Assembly (NCBI GenBank): GCA_964618905.1
Contig: CAZUDK010000004.1
Location: 1 to 49,026, forward strand
DNA: 49,026 nucleotides
Source: an uncultured Candidatus Saccharibacteria bacterium
GTDB lineage: Bacteria > Patescibacteriota > Minisyncoccia > Phycocordibacterales > Zambryskibacteraceae
Reading direction: 5' to 3'
Every line of letters starts with the position of its first letter. Within the stretch, counting starts at the first letter, position 1. The notes beneath the pieces were generated by a model, which was not told the origin of the DNA, made no database searches, and saw only the letters and a list, made by a program, of their open reading frames with translations. Shown in pieces: positions 1 through 8,409 of this stretch. The position numbers were made by a program, and so were the translations under genes.

Positions 1-1
1 A

Positions 2-451
2 TATAAAGATTTGAATAATTATTATTACGCCGGCATACAGTCTGACGGCAAAGCAGTAATAAAAAAGAAGTTCGAAGGCTCTTTTAAAGTTCTTGCAGAG
101 GCTCAAGTTTTCGAAGGTGAATATGACCGTAATCTCTCCCCGACTCTCCTGCCTCAGCATGAAAATATCGGCCTGAATCTAATTGCCAAAGAGACAGATT
201 CCGGCCTTGAGATCAGATTGCTGCTGGCTGAGGAAGATGGTGAATGGATAGAGGTTCTTAAAACGCAAGATGCAGGCAAACTTCACGGAGATATCCTAAC
301 TGAAGGCACTACCGGCATAAGAACTGACTTTATGGATGTTTCTTTTAAAAGTTATCTTGTGAGGGAACAGAACCCGGACAATTCGCAAACTGGCAGTAAG
401 GAGGTATCCTTCCTACAAATGTACCGTCCGGACAAACCTTGGCGTCCATAG
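2..451 (+). CDS. hypothetical protein, C-terminal fragment (frame open to the window edge)
   Basis: The frame is open from nt 2 (TAT AAA GAT TTG...) to the TAG at 449-451. No motif recognised. The last ~100 nt overlap the convergent ORF 345..593, so the 3' end is uncertain. Confidence 0.4.
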   Translation, partial: YKDLNNYYYAGIQSDGKAVIKKKFEGSFKVLAEAQVFEGEYDRNLSPTLLPQHENIGLNLIAKETDSGLEIRLLLAEEDGEWIEVLKTQDAGKLHGDILTEGTTGIRTDFMDVSFKSYLVREQNPDNSQTGSKEVSFLQMYRPDKPWRP

Positions 452-593
452 CGCAAGCGAAACTGCCTTTCTCGTCTGCTCTGGCAGATGCTGTAGGCAT
501 TGTCTGCCTGCTATTTAAAACAGCTGCAGAGAGCATGCCGAATAATATTATTAAGAATGCTCCTATTAAAATTATTCTGGACTCTTTCTTCAT
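345..593 (-). CDS. small membrane-anchored Cys-rich protein
   Basis: N-terminal hydrophobic helix IILIGAFLIILFGMLSAAVL. The C-terminal AKVCPDGTFVGRIPPYCQFANCP matches AKICPDGSVVGRMGPNCEFAPCP at the C-terminus of ORF 6430..6807 (paralog support). Confidence 0.6.
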   Translation of the reverse strand: MKKESRIILIGAFLIILFGMLSAAVLNSRQTMPTASARADEKGSFACAMDAKVCPDGTFVGRIPPYCQFANCPGSVPSQDNF

Positions 594-596
594 ACT

Positions 597-809
597 TTAA
601 CTTTTATATTCTCGGATAGTGGTCAGTACCTGCGGCTCGTTGATGTATTCTATTGAAGGCAGGCTTTCGAGCTGGTCTATAATCTCATCACTGGAGTTTC
701 TAGACTTGGCATACTCGATCAGCTCATCCTTGGTAGCCGGATATGAAATGCCGCTTATAGCCTGATGAACTTGAGTCTCGTTTGATGAATTTTTCTCTTC
801 ACTTGTCAT
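597..809 (-). CDS. DUF2795-like small protein
   Basis: 70 aa. The segment ISGISYPATKDELIEYAKSRNSSDEIIDQLESLP resembles the DUF2795 pattern (fPa.K.eLi..A...ga...v...L..lp). Confidence 0.6.
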   Translation of the reverse strand: MTSEEKNSSNETQVHQAISGISYPATKDELIEYAKSRNSSDEIIDQLESLPSIEYINEPQVLTTIREYKS

Positions 810-889
810 TAATTACGAGACGTCCGCTCTCTGCCTTTCTTTCATTTTCTTCGAGTATTTTATGACTTTGTAAAGCGCTTATTCTTTCA

Positions 890-1993
890 TTATTTAATTG
901 CAATTTCAAGGTTGGAATCGGTGTCAGAAGAAACAACCTTAAAATTTATCCGACCTATAAGTTGTCCCTGCACCGTCTTAACATTAACCCTCCAGTATCC
1001 GTCTTTTAAATCAGATCTTTTAGAGAAAGTACGGAAGCCGCCGCCGCGTCCTCCGGACACATTAAGAAGTATTCGGCTCTCCGTTACCCATTCCCCATCT
1101 TTCTTGTATTGCCATTGGTGCACTATCTGGGTGTCTAAAGAAGGCGGTGAAAATATGGAGCTATAAGCATAAACATCCTGACCTAAAGATGTGTGGAATC
1201 TCTGTCTCAATTGAAAGTATCCCCAAATGCCGTGATTTTCCTTAGATAGCAGATAATTACCTCCTTCGACTTCTAGTCCATGGTATATTCCAGCGTCTTT
1301 CAAGGATAAAGGTATCGGCGGTATAAGGTTTGTGAAATAAAGAATATTCATAGCTAAAAATATTGCAGCAATAGACAAAGTTAAAGGCTTTCTGCTGCGC
1401 TCAAGTTTGAGAGGAGCAACTTTTCTGACAACCTTCAAAAACATCCAGATAACCAAGAGGCTTGCAAAACCGCTTAATAGGAAAATCATCCTGCCAATGT
1501 GGTGCGTTAATAAAGGCACCAAGAATATGAGAAACAGGAAAATCGAGAAATAAAGAAAACTTATCTGAGATACCAGCTTGGCATACTTCTTCTGGAAGAG
1601 TTCGTTGGAGATCATGACCAGCAGGAGTAAAAGCATAAACGGCCAAGCGGATACAAGAGTGGCGCTTCTGAAATAGAAGATAAAGAATGCGCCAAGAGTA
1701 GAGCCCATGCTGAACTGCAGTATGGCGGTAAGCCAAATAGACATTTTTTGTACCCTAGGCGATGCCTCCTGCTTAGCCAGTGCATTCAAAATGACAATGC
1801 AAAGGGCGACCAGACAGAGGTTAAATGCTATCCAAAGATTGCCTTTAATGTTATCAATCCGCGGCAAAGTAAGAGAATCTATTACGAAACCCAAAAGAAG
1901 CGAGCCGGACGACAACTTGCTTTCATTCATCTCGTACCAAGCTTTCAATCTGCCTAGATTAAGCCTCTCAATCATTTTTATAATATGCCACAA
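890..1993 (-). CDS. multi-pass membrane protein with C-terminal beta-rich domain (DUF2914-like)
   Basis: 367-aa ORF with about 7 hydrophobic segments. The soluble tail (...WQYKKDGEWVTESRILLNVSGGRGGGFRTFSKRSDLKDGYWRVNVKTVQGQLIGRINFKV) is typical of DUF2914. The family call is from memory of the motif. Confidence 0.6.
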   Translation of the reverse strand: MWHIIKMIERLNLGRLKAWYEMNESKLSSGSLLLGFVIDSLTLPRIDNIKGNLWIAFNLCLVALCIVILNALAKQEASPRVQKMSIWLTAILQFSMGSTLGAFFIFYFRSATLVSAWPFMLLLLLVMISNELFQKKYAKLVSQISFLYFSIFLFLIFLVPLLTHHIGRMIFLLSGFASLLVIWMFLKVVRKVAPLKLERSRKPLTLSIAAIFLAMNILYFTNLIPPIPLSLKDAGIYHGLEVEGGNYLLSKENHGIWGYFQLRQRFHTSLGQDVYAYSSIFSPPSLDTQIVHQWQYKKDGEWVTESRILLNVSGGRGGGFRTFSKRSDLKDGYWRVNVKTVQGQLIGRINFKVVSSDTDSNLEIAIK

Positions 1994-2043
1994 TTTTGTG
2001 AATTATCAATATTTGACAGAGATTATTAAAAGTAACTGCTGGG

Positions 2044-2071
2044 TTTACATCTAAGCTGAGAATGTTACAAT
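2044..2071 (+). promoter_or_regulatory. sigma70-like promoter (TTTACA-N16-TGT-TACAAT)
   Basis: TTTACA at 2044-2049, TACAAT at 2066-2071 with TG at 2063-2064 (extended -10). Lies upstream of the small ORF 2131..2259. Confidence 0.45.
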
Positions 2072-2130
2072 CCTGAAGTAAGCCTTTTGGCTTGCTTTCT
2101 TTTACAAGCCCTAATGGAAACTCACACCAA

Positions 2131-2259
2131 ATGGAAGAACAGACAAACAACCCACAGGCACCTATGCCTGAGGAGGTAAAGCCGGAAGGAACTCCAGAAG
2201 CACCAGCTGCTCCTGAGACCCCGACCGAAGCTCCAGCTGAAGGCGCAGCACAGGCCTAA
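2131..2259 (+). CDS. possible 42-aa Pro/Glu/Ala-rich peptide (below the ORF-track cutoff)
   Basis: ATG at 2131 to TAA at 2257-2259 gives MEEQTNNPQAPMPEEVKPEGTPEAPAAPETPTEAPAEGAAQA. Bracketed by a good promoter and a strong terminator. No SD; could instead be a small RNA. Confidence 0.3.
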   Translation: MEEQTNNPQAPMPEEVKPEGTPEAPAAPETPTEAPAEGAAQA

Positions 2260-2264
2260 GCTTT

Positions 2265-2290
2265 AAAAAAGACCCGCAAGGGTCTTTTTT
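2265..2290. terminator. bidirectional rho-independent terminator
   Basis: AAAAAAGACCC-GCAA-GGGTCTTTTTT: GC-rich stem flanked by an A-run and a T-run, between convergent units. Confidence 0.8.
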
Positions 2291-2313
2291 AAATAAACTC
2301 AAATTTTAATATG

Positions 2314-3216
2314 CTATGGCTGGAATAAATCTTCCGGCTTGTATCTGACTGAATTTACATTTTCAAACTGCTTGGCTGTAGCTTCTATCTGAGCCCTAAG
2401 TATGGAGGACCTGCAGCTTCCACCAGAAGTGGCATTGCGCGGATCATTAAACTCAAGAGTTAAAATACCACCTGAAAGTGCTGCCCCTGAAAGCTCTAAA
2501 CCTGCCAGAGGAAACTCTGTGCTTATACCTTGAGCCCTCTCAGCTGAAGAGAGCTCTCCACGAATAAGAAGATTGATGCTGTCTTGTATAGGAGTGACAG
2601 TTCTGGGAATACTTCTGACAACTCCAACAAGTCCTTTTGAGGAGCAGAGGATATTTCCGAGTGCATCGGTATCTTTATCTTCATTGTAATAATAAAGAAT
2701 AATATTTCTCTCTGCTGGACTAGCTGTACTGAACCTTACAGGAATTGTTACCTCGTCAGCATTCTGAGGCAAACCAGAAGGATTGGCTTTTTCCAGAACC
2801 AAAGTGCCAGTTTGCGTTTGCGGCGAGTCGAAAGAGAGACTTGCTCGGAAAGGTACGAATTCAGTTGTCATCCATTCCCCCATCGCTTCTGCCGGGCCGG
2901 AAGCTAAGACATTACCATTTCCATCAAGCAGTCTTACAGGGAAAGATCCTTCAAAATACCAGCCGCCTCTTGCTTCGCCCTCAATCCTAAGCGGACTTGA
3001 AATAAGAGAGCCCGGCAAAGGAGCACTGACCTTTATCATACTTGTCTCAAGAGGCGGCTGCTGCTCGACGTCCTGCTGGCCAGCATCGGGTTTCTGATTG
3101 CCAACTCCTAAATCAGAGCAGATACCGCCGTTGCATTTTATAAAAAACACTACAAGAGCAGTAGCAATGATTACCAGCACTACTATCAAGCCAATTCTTA
3201 AACCTTTCATGTTCAT
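2314..3216 (-). CDS. membrane-anchored Gmad2 Ig-like + GerMN domain protein
   Basis: N-terminal TM helix. The SSPLRIEGEARGGWYFEGSFPVRLLDGNGNVL segment is Gmad2-like. The C-terminal half (ILYYYNED...VRSIP...PIQDSINLLIRG...ILTLEFN) is GerM-like. Confidence 0.7.
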   Translation of the reverse strand: MNMKGLRIGLIVVLVIIATALVVFFIKCNGGICSDLGVGNQKPDAGQQDVEQQPPLETSMIKVSAPLPGSLISSPLRIEGEARGGWYFEGSFPVRLLDGNGNVLASGPAEAMGEWMTTEFVPFRASLSFDSPQTQTGTLVLEKANPSGLPQNADEVTIPVRFSTASPAERNIILYYYNEDKDTDALGNILCSSKGLVGVVRSIPRTVTPIQDSINLLIRGELSSAERAQGISTEFPLAGLELSGAALSGGILTLEFNDPRNATSGGSCRSSILRAQIEATAKQFENVNSVRYKPEDLFQP

Positions 3217-3252
3217 AATTATAGACGCTTAATTTGCTTATTATTTACCTTC

Positions 3253-3819
3253 TCAGAATATACTGAAAAGACCCAAAATGATTGCTGAATACAAAAACAC
3301 AAAGACGAGATTACCAAGAAAAATCACAGGCAAAACATTTTTTATTTTATAACCGAAAAAAGCCATAGGTATCAGCAGCACTTCATTCGGCAGAGGTGCA
3401 AAAGCGGCAAAGAAAAATAGCACCAAAAGAGGCAGAAAAATATGTTTTACCCTGAGTGAATCAAGCCTTACTCTTATATTGCGGCCCCAAACATCGAAAA
3501 GCACTCTTCTGCCGAAGCTGGCGAATGCGTATACCAGAGAATCGGCGACTGTCATGCCGAAAGTTATTATCAGAGCACAAATCCAAAAGCTCAGTCCTGC
3601 CTCCAGAAAAAGAGGCAAGAAAGCCACGGCCGGTATAGGAACAGCTAAATTGAAACCGCTTATGAAAGAGACTATAAGCACGCCCAGATAACCAAGATTC
3701 TCTACAGTCTGACGCACCAGCTCATTCTCTCTGGCTAGATGAGCAAGGAAGAATGCCAAAGCAAAAATGGCGAGCAATGCCAGACCTTTCATTAGAAGCT
3801 GTCTTCTTATTTTAAACAT
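3253..3819 (-). CDS. DedA/VTT (SNARE-associated)-like membrane protein
   Basis: 188 aa, 5-6 TM segments. The layout and the motif GYLGVLIVSFISGFNLAVPIPAVAF resemble the VTT/DedA family. Confidence 0.6.
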   Translation of the reverse strand: MFKIRRQLLMKGLALLAIFALAFFLAHLARENELVRQTVENLGYLGVLIVSFISGFNLAVPIPAVAFLPLFLEAGLSFWICALIITFGMTVADSLVYAFASFGRRVLFDVWGRNIRVRLDSLRVKHIFLPLLVLFFFAAFAPLPNEVLLIPMAFFGYKIKNVLPVIFLGNLVFVFLYSAIILGLFSIF

Positions 3820-3880
3820 CTGATTAATTTATCTATAATATCATGGCTCATAAGAGGGATAATGTGATAAACTGGCAATC

Positions 3881-4753
3881 GTGAAATCAGCAATTCAGAA
3901 CAAGTTGAAAAATCCGACTCTACAGATAGTGATCGCGGCTCTTCTTGCGGGACTTGTCGGCTACAGCGTTTATTCTGATGCCAATCTTAGAGGTAAGTAC
4001 AAATCTCTCCTTGTTGAAAAATCTCAACTGGAAGAAAAATTAGACGCAACGACACAAGAAAAAGAGGCTTTAGAAAAACTTGCCAAACAACAAGAAGAAA
4101 CAATCAACACTTTCGCTCCTACCATCAAGGAAATCACCGGAACCGTCGGCGATCTCGAGAAGCTTGCTAATACTGACGAAGAACTGCTTAAAAAATATTC
4201 AAAAGTTTATTTCTTAAATGAAAATTACATACCATCCAAACTTGAAGAGATAGATGAGAAGTACCGATTTGGAGAAGGCAGTAACCGCCTGATACATGCA
4301 GATGTTTGGCCTTACCTTGAAGATCTTTTAGAAGATGCTAGTGATGCTGGAATAGATCTGCGAATAGCTTCGGCCTTCCGCTCATTTGATGCGCAAGCAT
4401 CCTTAAAGGCAGGATACACAGTCCTTTACGGCTCCGGAGCAAACCAATTCTCTGCAGATCAAGGTTATTCAGAACATCAGCTTGGCACAACAGTGGACTT
4501 CACTACTCCGGCAGTAGGCGGAGTCTTTGACAGCTTTGAATCTGACCCGGCTTATAAATGGCTCAATGAAAATGCTTATAAATACGGTTTTGTTCTCTCA
4601 TATCCGAAAGACAATGCTTACTATAAGTTCGAGCCGTGGCATTGGCGCTTTGTTGGCACAGATCTAGCAGAAGACCTCCAAAAAGAAAACAAGCACTTCT
4701 ACGATCTCGAACAGCGAGACATAGACAAGTACTTGATTTCAATATTCAACTAA
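3881..4753 (+). CDS. D-alanyl-D-alanine carboxypeptidase, peptidase M15B (VanY-like)
   Basis: GTG start and N-terminal TM helix. Motifs SAFRSFDAQ, SEHQLGTTVDF and PWHWRFVG match the zinc-binding VanY/M15 signature. Confidence 0.85.
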   Translation: MKSAIQNKLKNPTLQIVIAALLAGLVGYSVYSDANLRGKYKSLLVEKSQLEEKLDATTQEKEALEKLAKQQEETINTFAPTIKEITGTVGDLEKLANTDEELLKKYSKVYFLNENYIPSKLEEIDEKYRFGEGSNRLIHADVWPYLEDLLEDASDAGIDLRIASAFRSFDAQASLKAGYTVLYGSGANQFSADQGYSEHQLGTTVDFTTPAVGGVFDSFESDPAYKWLNENAYKYGFVLSYPKDNAYYKFEPWHWRFVGTDLAEDLQKENKHFYDLEQRDIDKYLISIFN

Positions 4754-4768
4754 CACACGTGAACCGGA

Positions 4769-5164
4769 TTAAAGCAATCCCAGTCCGAAACCGTAGTTTA
4801 CAAGGTATAAGCCAAGAAGCACTGAAACCACACCTCCTCCTACATACCAACCTTTAGTGTTGAACAACTTAAGGATCTTCTTTACTGTTGATTCCGGCAG
4901 AACGAGGTAAAGAGCGCCTTCAAGAACTACCAACCAGCCTACTGCTGACACTATTCTTTGAGGCCAACTGTCCCAGAGGTTATGGTTGAGGACAAGAAAG
5001 AGTCCAGCGATGATTTCTGCTGCAGAGATCACCATTCTCAATGCTCTGTCTCCGACAAAATCATGAACCACTGCCATAAAATATTTCTGGCGAGTCATGT
5101 ATGTCAGACCTCCTACTAAAAGATAAATTCCAAATACTTTGGAAAGTAAAATTGTTAATTCCAT
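4769..5164 (-). CDS. hypothetical 4-TM membrane protein
   Basis: 131-aa ORF, four hydrophobic helices, no overlap conflict. Confidence 0.55.
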   Translation of the reverse strand: MELTILLSKVFGIYLLVGGLTYMTRQKYFMAVVHDFVGDRALRMVISAAEIIAGLFLVLNHNLWDSWPQRIVSAVGWLVVLEGALYLVLPESTVKKILKLFNTKGWYVGGGVVSVLLGLYLVNYGFGLGLL

Positions 5165-5208
5165 AGTGGTTAACTAACTAATAAACCACTAATCATAATA
5201 ACACTGCT

Positions 5209-5433
5209 TTAATCTTCAGAAATGTGAGTGTGTGGAGAAGTCGGTTTTGCCGGAATGATGAATATGGTCAATATATATGCGATAAGCCCTGGGATAAATC
5301 CGGTAAAGATAGTAACAAGGAGCCAAAGCACTCTGATGACTACTGGATCAATGCCTGCGTATTCTCCTATACCGCCACAAATTCCTGCAAAAATCTTGTT
5401 TGTTCTGCTTCTGTAAAGTCTTTTTGTTGTCAT
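5209..5433 (-). CDS. PspC domain-containing membrane protein
   Basis: RLYRSRTNKIFAGICGGIGEYAGIDPVVIRVLWLL is the canonical PspC N-terminal motif. Confidence 0.8.
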   Translation of the reverse strand: MTTKRLYRSRTNKIFAGICGGIGEYAGIDPVVIRVLWLLVTIFTGFIPGLIAYILTIFIIPAKPTSPHTHISED

Positions 5434-5483
5434 GCGGTTACGATATCAAATCTATTAATATTTTCAATCTTGCCGAATTGCTG

Positions 5484-6392
5484 TTATGAATTTGCGGCAT
5501 TCTTGAGCTCCTCAAGATTGAGACGCTTCATTTTATACATTACCTTCATTACTTTCTCTTGCGATTCCGGATCGAGGGAACTGATCATTGTATTTAATTC
5601 CTCCGGAGCAACCTGCCAAGAAACACCGTACTTATCTTCGAGCCATCCGCATATCTCCGCTTCAGGCTTGGCCGAGAGCTTGTCATAATATTCATTCATC
5701 TCCTCCTGATCCTTGCAATTTATCAAAAGCGAGAAAGCTGGATTGAAGCTGAATTTATGATCGAATCCACTGTCCATGGCCATAAATTCCTGACCATCAA
5801 GTCTGAAATTTGCATATTTAATATTGCCTTCATCTTTCGGCGAACCCTCACCTTTTTCATATCTGGCGATAGATAATATTTCTGAATTTGGAAAAACAGA
5901 CGTATAGAAATTCATTGCCTCTTCTGTCTTGCCTGCCTGCTCTCCCACAAATAGCATGCTTATTACAAACTTTTGTTTAACCTGACTGTAATCCTTTGGA
6001 AGATTGAGTTGCCATGAGACACCGTATTTGTCGCTGACCCAGCCATACTTATCGCTCCACTCTTGCTTTTGAAGATCCATTCGAACCTCGCCGCCTTCAG
6101 AAAGCATTTTCCATAGATTATCCAATTCTTCTTCTGTTTCGCATTGAACAAATATGGACAGAGCAGGATTGAGTTTGAAAATCGGCCCGCCGTTTATGCC
6201 GATAAACTTAAACCCGTCTAACGAAAATTCCACTGTCATAACGCTTCCTTCCGGCATTTTTGAAACTTCTGCTCCTGAAGGACCGTACTTAGTAACTGTT
6301 CCTATTTTAGAATTTTTGAACAATGAGACATAGAAGTTTGCAGCTTCTTCTGCCTGAGTATCAAACCATAGATTAGGTATTATCTTCTGCAT
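5484..6392 (-). CDS. VOC-superfamily protein with two PhnB/3-demethylubiquinone-9 3-methyltransferase-like domains
   Basis: MQKIIPNLWFDTQAEEAANFYVSLF... starts domain 1. A second copy begins near KFVISMLFVGEQAGKTEEAMNFYTSVF. Confidence 0.75.
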   Translation of the reverse strand: MQKIIPNLWFDTQAEEAANFYVSLFKNSKIGTVTKYGPSGAEVSKMPEGSVMTVEFSLDGFKFIGINGGPIFKLNPALSIFVQCETEEELDNLWKMLSEGGEVRMDLQKQEWSDKYGWVSDKYGVSWQLNLPKDYSQVKQKFVISMLFVGEQAGKTEEAMNFYTSVFPNSEILSIARYEKGEGSPKDEGNIKYANFRLDGQEFMAMDSGFDHKFSFNPAFSLLINCKDQEEMNEYYDKLSAKPEAEICGWLEDKYGVSWQVAPEELNTMISSLDPESQEKVMKVMYKMKRLNLEELKNAANS

Positions 6393-6429
6393 TTTGTTTT
6401 ATGGGTTTATAGACGTATCAACAATAATT

Positions 6430-6807
6430 CTACTGCTCGGGACAAGGAGCAAACTCACAATTCGGACCCATGCGTCCGACAACTGAACCATCTGGACAAA
6501 TCTTAGCTTCAAGAGTGCAGATCACAGTGCCGGTGGCATTGTTCTGAGTGTCTGAAGTATCTTCAGTGCTTGTGTCGACTTCATTTGAAGGAGTGTCAAC
6601 TACTTGATCTGGATTAACGAACGTCCTGCCATCAGGTGTTCTGCATTGCTCAGGATAACTCTCCATGATTGGATTCCCCGCATCCACACATTCTTGAAAA
6701 CTCTGCACCGGAGCTTCTACATCATTTGATTTAAGCCCTAGCCAGTAAACGGCGGCGATAATAACAACTAAAATTAACAATGCTGCTCCTAAAATTTTTT
6801 TCGTCAT
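6430..6807 (-). CDS. small membrane-anchored Cys-rich protein (paralog of 345..593)
   Basis: N-terminal TM helix ILGAALLILVVIIAAVYWL. C-terminal CTLEAKICPDGSVVGRMGPNCEFAPCP. Confidence 0.65.
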   Translation of the reverse strand: MTKKILGAALLILVVIIAAVYWLGLKSNDVEAPVQSFQECVDAGNPIMESYPEQCRTPDGRTFVNPDQVVDTPSNEVDTSTEDTSDTQNNATGTVICTLEAKICPDGSVVGRMGPNCEFAPCPEQ

Positions 6808-6846
6808 ACAGGTATTATAGCATCCTGAATAAAAATATATTTAAAA

Positions 6847-6870
6847 GCCCCGCATGCGTGCATGCGGGGC
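6847..6870 (-). terminator. rho-independent terminator of gene 6911..7456
   Basis: GCCCCGCATGC-GT-GCATGCGGGGC palindrome followed on the minus strand by TTTTAA. Confidence 0.7.
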
Positions 6871-6878
6871 TGAGAAAA

Positions 6879-6896
6879 ATTCAGCCGAATCGGCGG
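6879..6896 (+). repeat. 18-nt direct repeat, copy 1 (ATTCAGCCGAATCGGCGG)
   Basis: Exact match to 7550-7567. This copy is only the half-hairpin of the terminator that is complete at 7541-7570. Confidence 0.8.
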
Positions 6897-6910
6897 ACGG
6901 GAACCTAGAG

Positions 6911-7456
6911 TTAATGCATATATTCCGAAAGTTCAAGAAGCGCAAACTCTGCCTCGATTTTCCGCATAACTCTACAATTGGCACAGTAATGCGCCATATA
7001 ATAGAGCTTGATTATCTCTTTGTTGAGGCGGAAATTAAATTCATTCGCATCCTCAAGTGCCCACGGCAAATCTGACACCACTCCCTTGATGACCTTGGCC
7101 AAACGCCTCTCTTTTCCTGCAGGAACACTCACAAATGTCTCATCTTGAATATGCGAATGAAAGAGGAAAAGGAGGTCAGTCACCCTCAAGCCGGGCGCTT
7201 GCAATAGCATGGAGCCATGCGGGTCGCAGTAGTTGAGCTGACGATGCGGATTTTTGATGAACACAGCCAGATTGGATTTCTTAGCTCCTTTCTTGACGTG
7301 TTCAAAATTGCCATACGAAAACCAGTATTCGCTGCGGTCGGAGCCCTTAGAGGCCGGTACGGGCCTCGGCAAACTCCAGGAAAGCTCATTGTTTAGAGTC
7401 TGCTGTTGGAATGCATGTATTCTGGCACACAAGGCAGGCAGGTCGTCGAGATACAT
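6911..7456 (-). CDS. hypothetical protein (181 aa), orphan
   Basis: Start moved to the ATG at 7454-7456 (MYLDDLPALC...) because AAGGAGGGG lies 5 nt upstream. No recognisable domain. Confidence 0.6.
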   Translation of the reverse strand: MYLDDLPALCARIHAFQQQTLNNELSWSLPRPVPASKGSDRSEYWFSYGNFEHVKKGAKKSNLAVFIKNPHRQLNYCDPHGSMLLQAPGLRVTDLLFLFHSHIQDETFVSVPAGKERRLAKVIKGVVSDLPWALEDANEFNFRLNKEIIKLYYMAHYCANCRVMRKIEAEFALLELSEYMH

Positions 7457-7540
7457 AATCCCCTCCTTAAACAAAGGGTACTGAAATAACTCTCTGCCCA
7501 AATTTTATCACTTTATGGATTAAAAAGAAGAAATGGAAAA

Positions 7541-7570
7541 GCCCCGCCGATTCAGCCGAATCGGCGGGGC
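7541..7570 (-). terminator. rho-independent terminator of gene 7594..7989
   Basis: GCCCCGCCGATTC-AGCC-GAATCGGCGGGGC, 13-bp stem, followed on the minus strand by TTTTCC. Confidence 0.75.
7550..7567 (+). repeat. 18-nt direct repeat, copy 2 (ATTCAGCCGAATCGGCGG)
   Basis: Exact match to 6879-6896. Confidence 0.8.
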
Positions 7571-7593
7571 TACATCAACAACAATTCAGTGCC

Positions 7594-7989
7594 TCATTCC
7601 CCAGTCGGAGTCATGCCGGAGAAATCGACCTTCGAGGAGTCGAAGGGAACAGGCCGGTCCAGAATCACCCTGCCGAGAACCTTCTTGAAGTGCTCCTTGG
7701 CGGGGACAGAAATTCCGTTGATCCGGAAAACAGCATTACTCTCTAGCACAGAGAAATACCTGCTGTTCTCAGGGATGTTGAAGAATTTGCACCCGTCCCA
7801 TTCAGGGTCCTGGGAACCATCCTTCATCTTGCACCGGCTGCCCTCCCGCACCAAGCCGCATTGATTCCGATAGGTGGGAGTAAATGAGAGCCCGGCACCT
7901 TTCATTCCGTAGAACGGGCATCTTGGCCAGTCATTCTGAAGTACAGACAAGCGAAGCTCCGGCCTAGCGCGTTCGGTAGAAGAAGACAC
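7594..7989 (-). CDS. hypothetical protein (131 aa, 4 Cys), orphan
   Basis: GTG start at 7987-7989 preceded by CCAAGGAGGTCCAA. No recognisable domain. Confidence 0.6.
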   Translation of the reverse strand: MSSSTERARPELRLSVLQNDWPRCPFYGMKGAGLSFTPTYRNQCGLVREGSRCKMKDGSQDPEWDGCKFFNIPENSRYFSVLESNAVFRINGISVPAKEHFKKVLGRVILDRPVPFDSSKVDFSGMTPTGE

Positions 7990-8059
7990 TTGGACCTCCT
8001 TGGGGTTGAAGTGAGCAGTCCTGCCAATACTTTACCACTTAAAATCTATTTGTAAATAT

Positions 8060-8087
8060 AAAGACCGGCCTTATAAAGCCGGTCTTT
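8060..8087 (-). terminator. rho-independent terminator of gene 8095..8409
   Basis: AAAGACCGGC-CTTATAAA-GCCGGTCTTT, 10-bp stem with A/T runs on both sides. Confidence 0.7.
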
Positions 8088-8094
8088 AATACCA

Positions 8095-8409
8095 TTATCT
8101 TTTCCTCCAATTAATAAAGCCCACAGACCACCCTGGACGCAACATCGTGAAAAATTCCTTCCATTCTCCCGAAATAATGCGCAGCCCCGCCTCTTCAAAC
8201 TTTGCCTCAATGTCGGCAGAAATTACCAGTTTGTAAGGCGTGCTTGAGGGGTCAAGCAGAGTTACTACACTTATGCCGGGTATCAGATTGCGTATGCTAA
8301 TGCCGCGCAATACGATACCAGTACTTCCTATCTCTTTCTTGACCTCCATGCCTTCGTAGAAATGAGCTTCGATTATCCGTTTGATGTTGCCTGGAGTTTC
8401 CAGTCGCAT
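8095..8409 (-). CDS. hypothetical protein (104 aa), orphan
   Basis: ATG at 8407-8409 preceded by GGAAAGGAGGATTAA. No recognisable domain. Confidence 0.6.
   Translation of the reverse strand: MRLETPGNIKRIIEAHFYEGMEVKKEIGSTGIVLRGISIRNLIPGISVVTLLDPSSTPYKLVISADIEAKFEEAGLRIISGEWKEFFTMLRPGWSVGFINWRKR

Noticed and set aside
345-451. A 107-nt convergent overlap of ORF 2..451 with ORF 345..593, considered as evidence that one of them is false
   Set aside because: This is not resolved. The small ORF has paralog support, and the long ORF is open to the window edge. Both are kept, with reduced confidence for the 3' end of the first.
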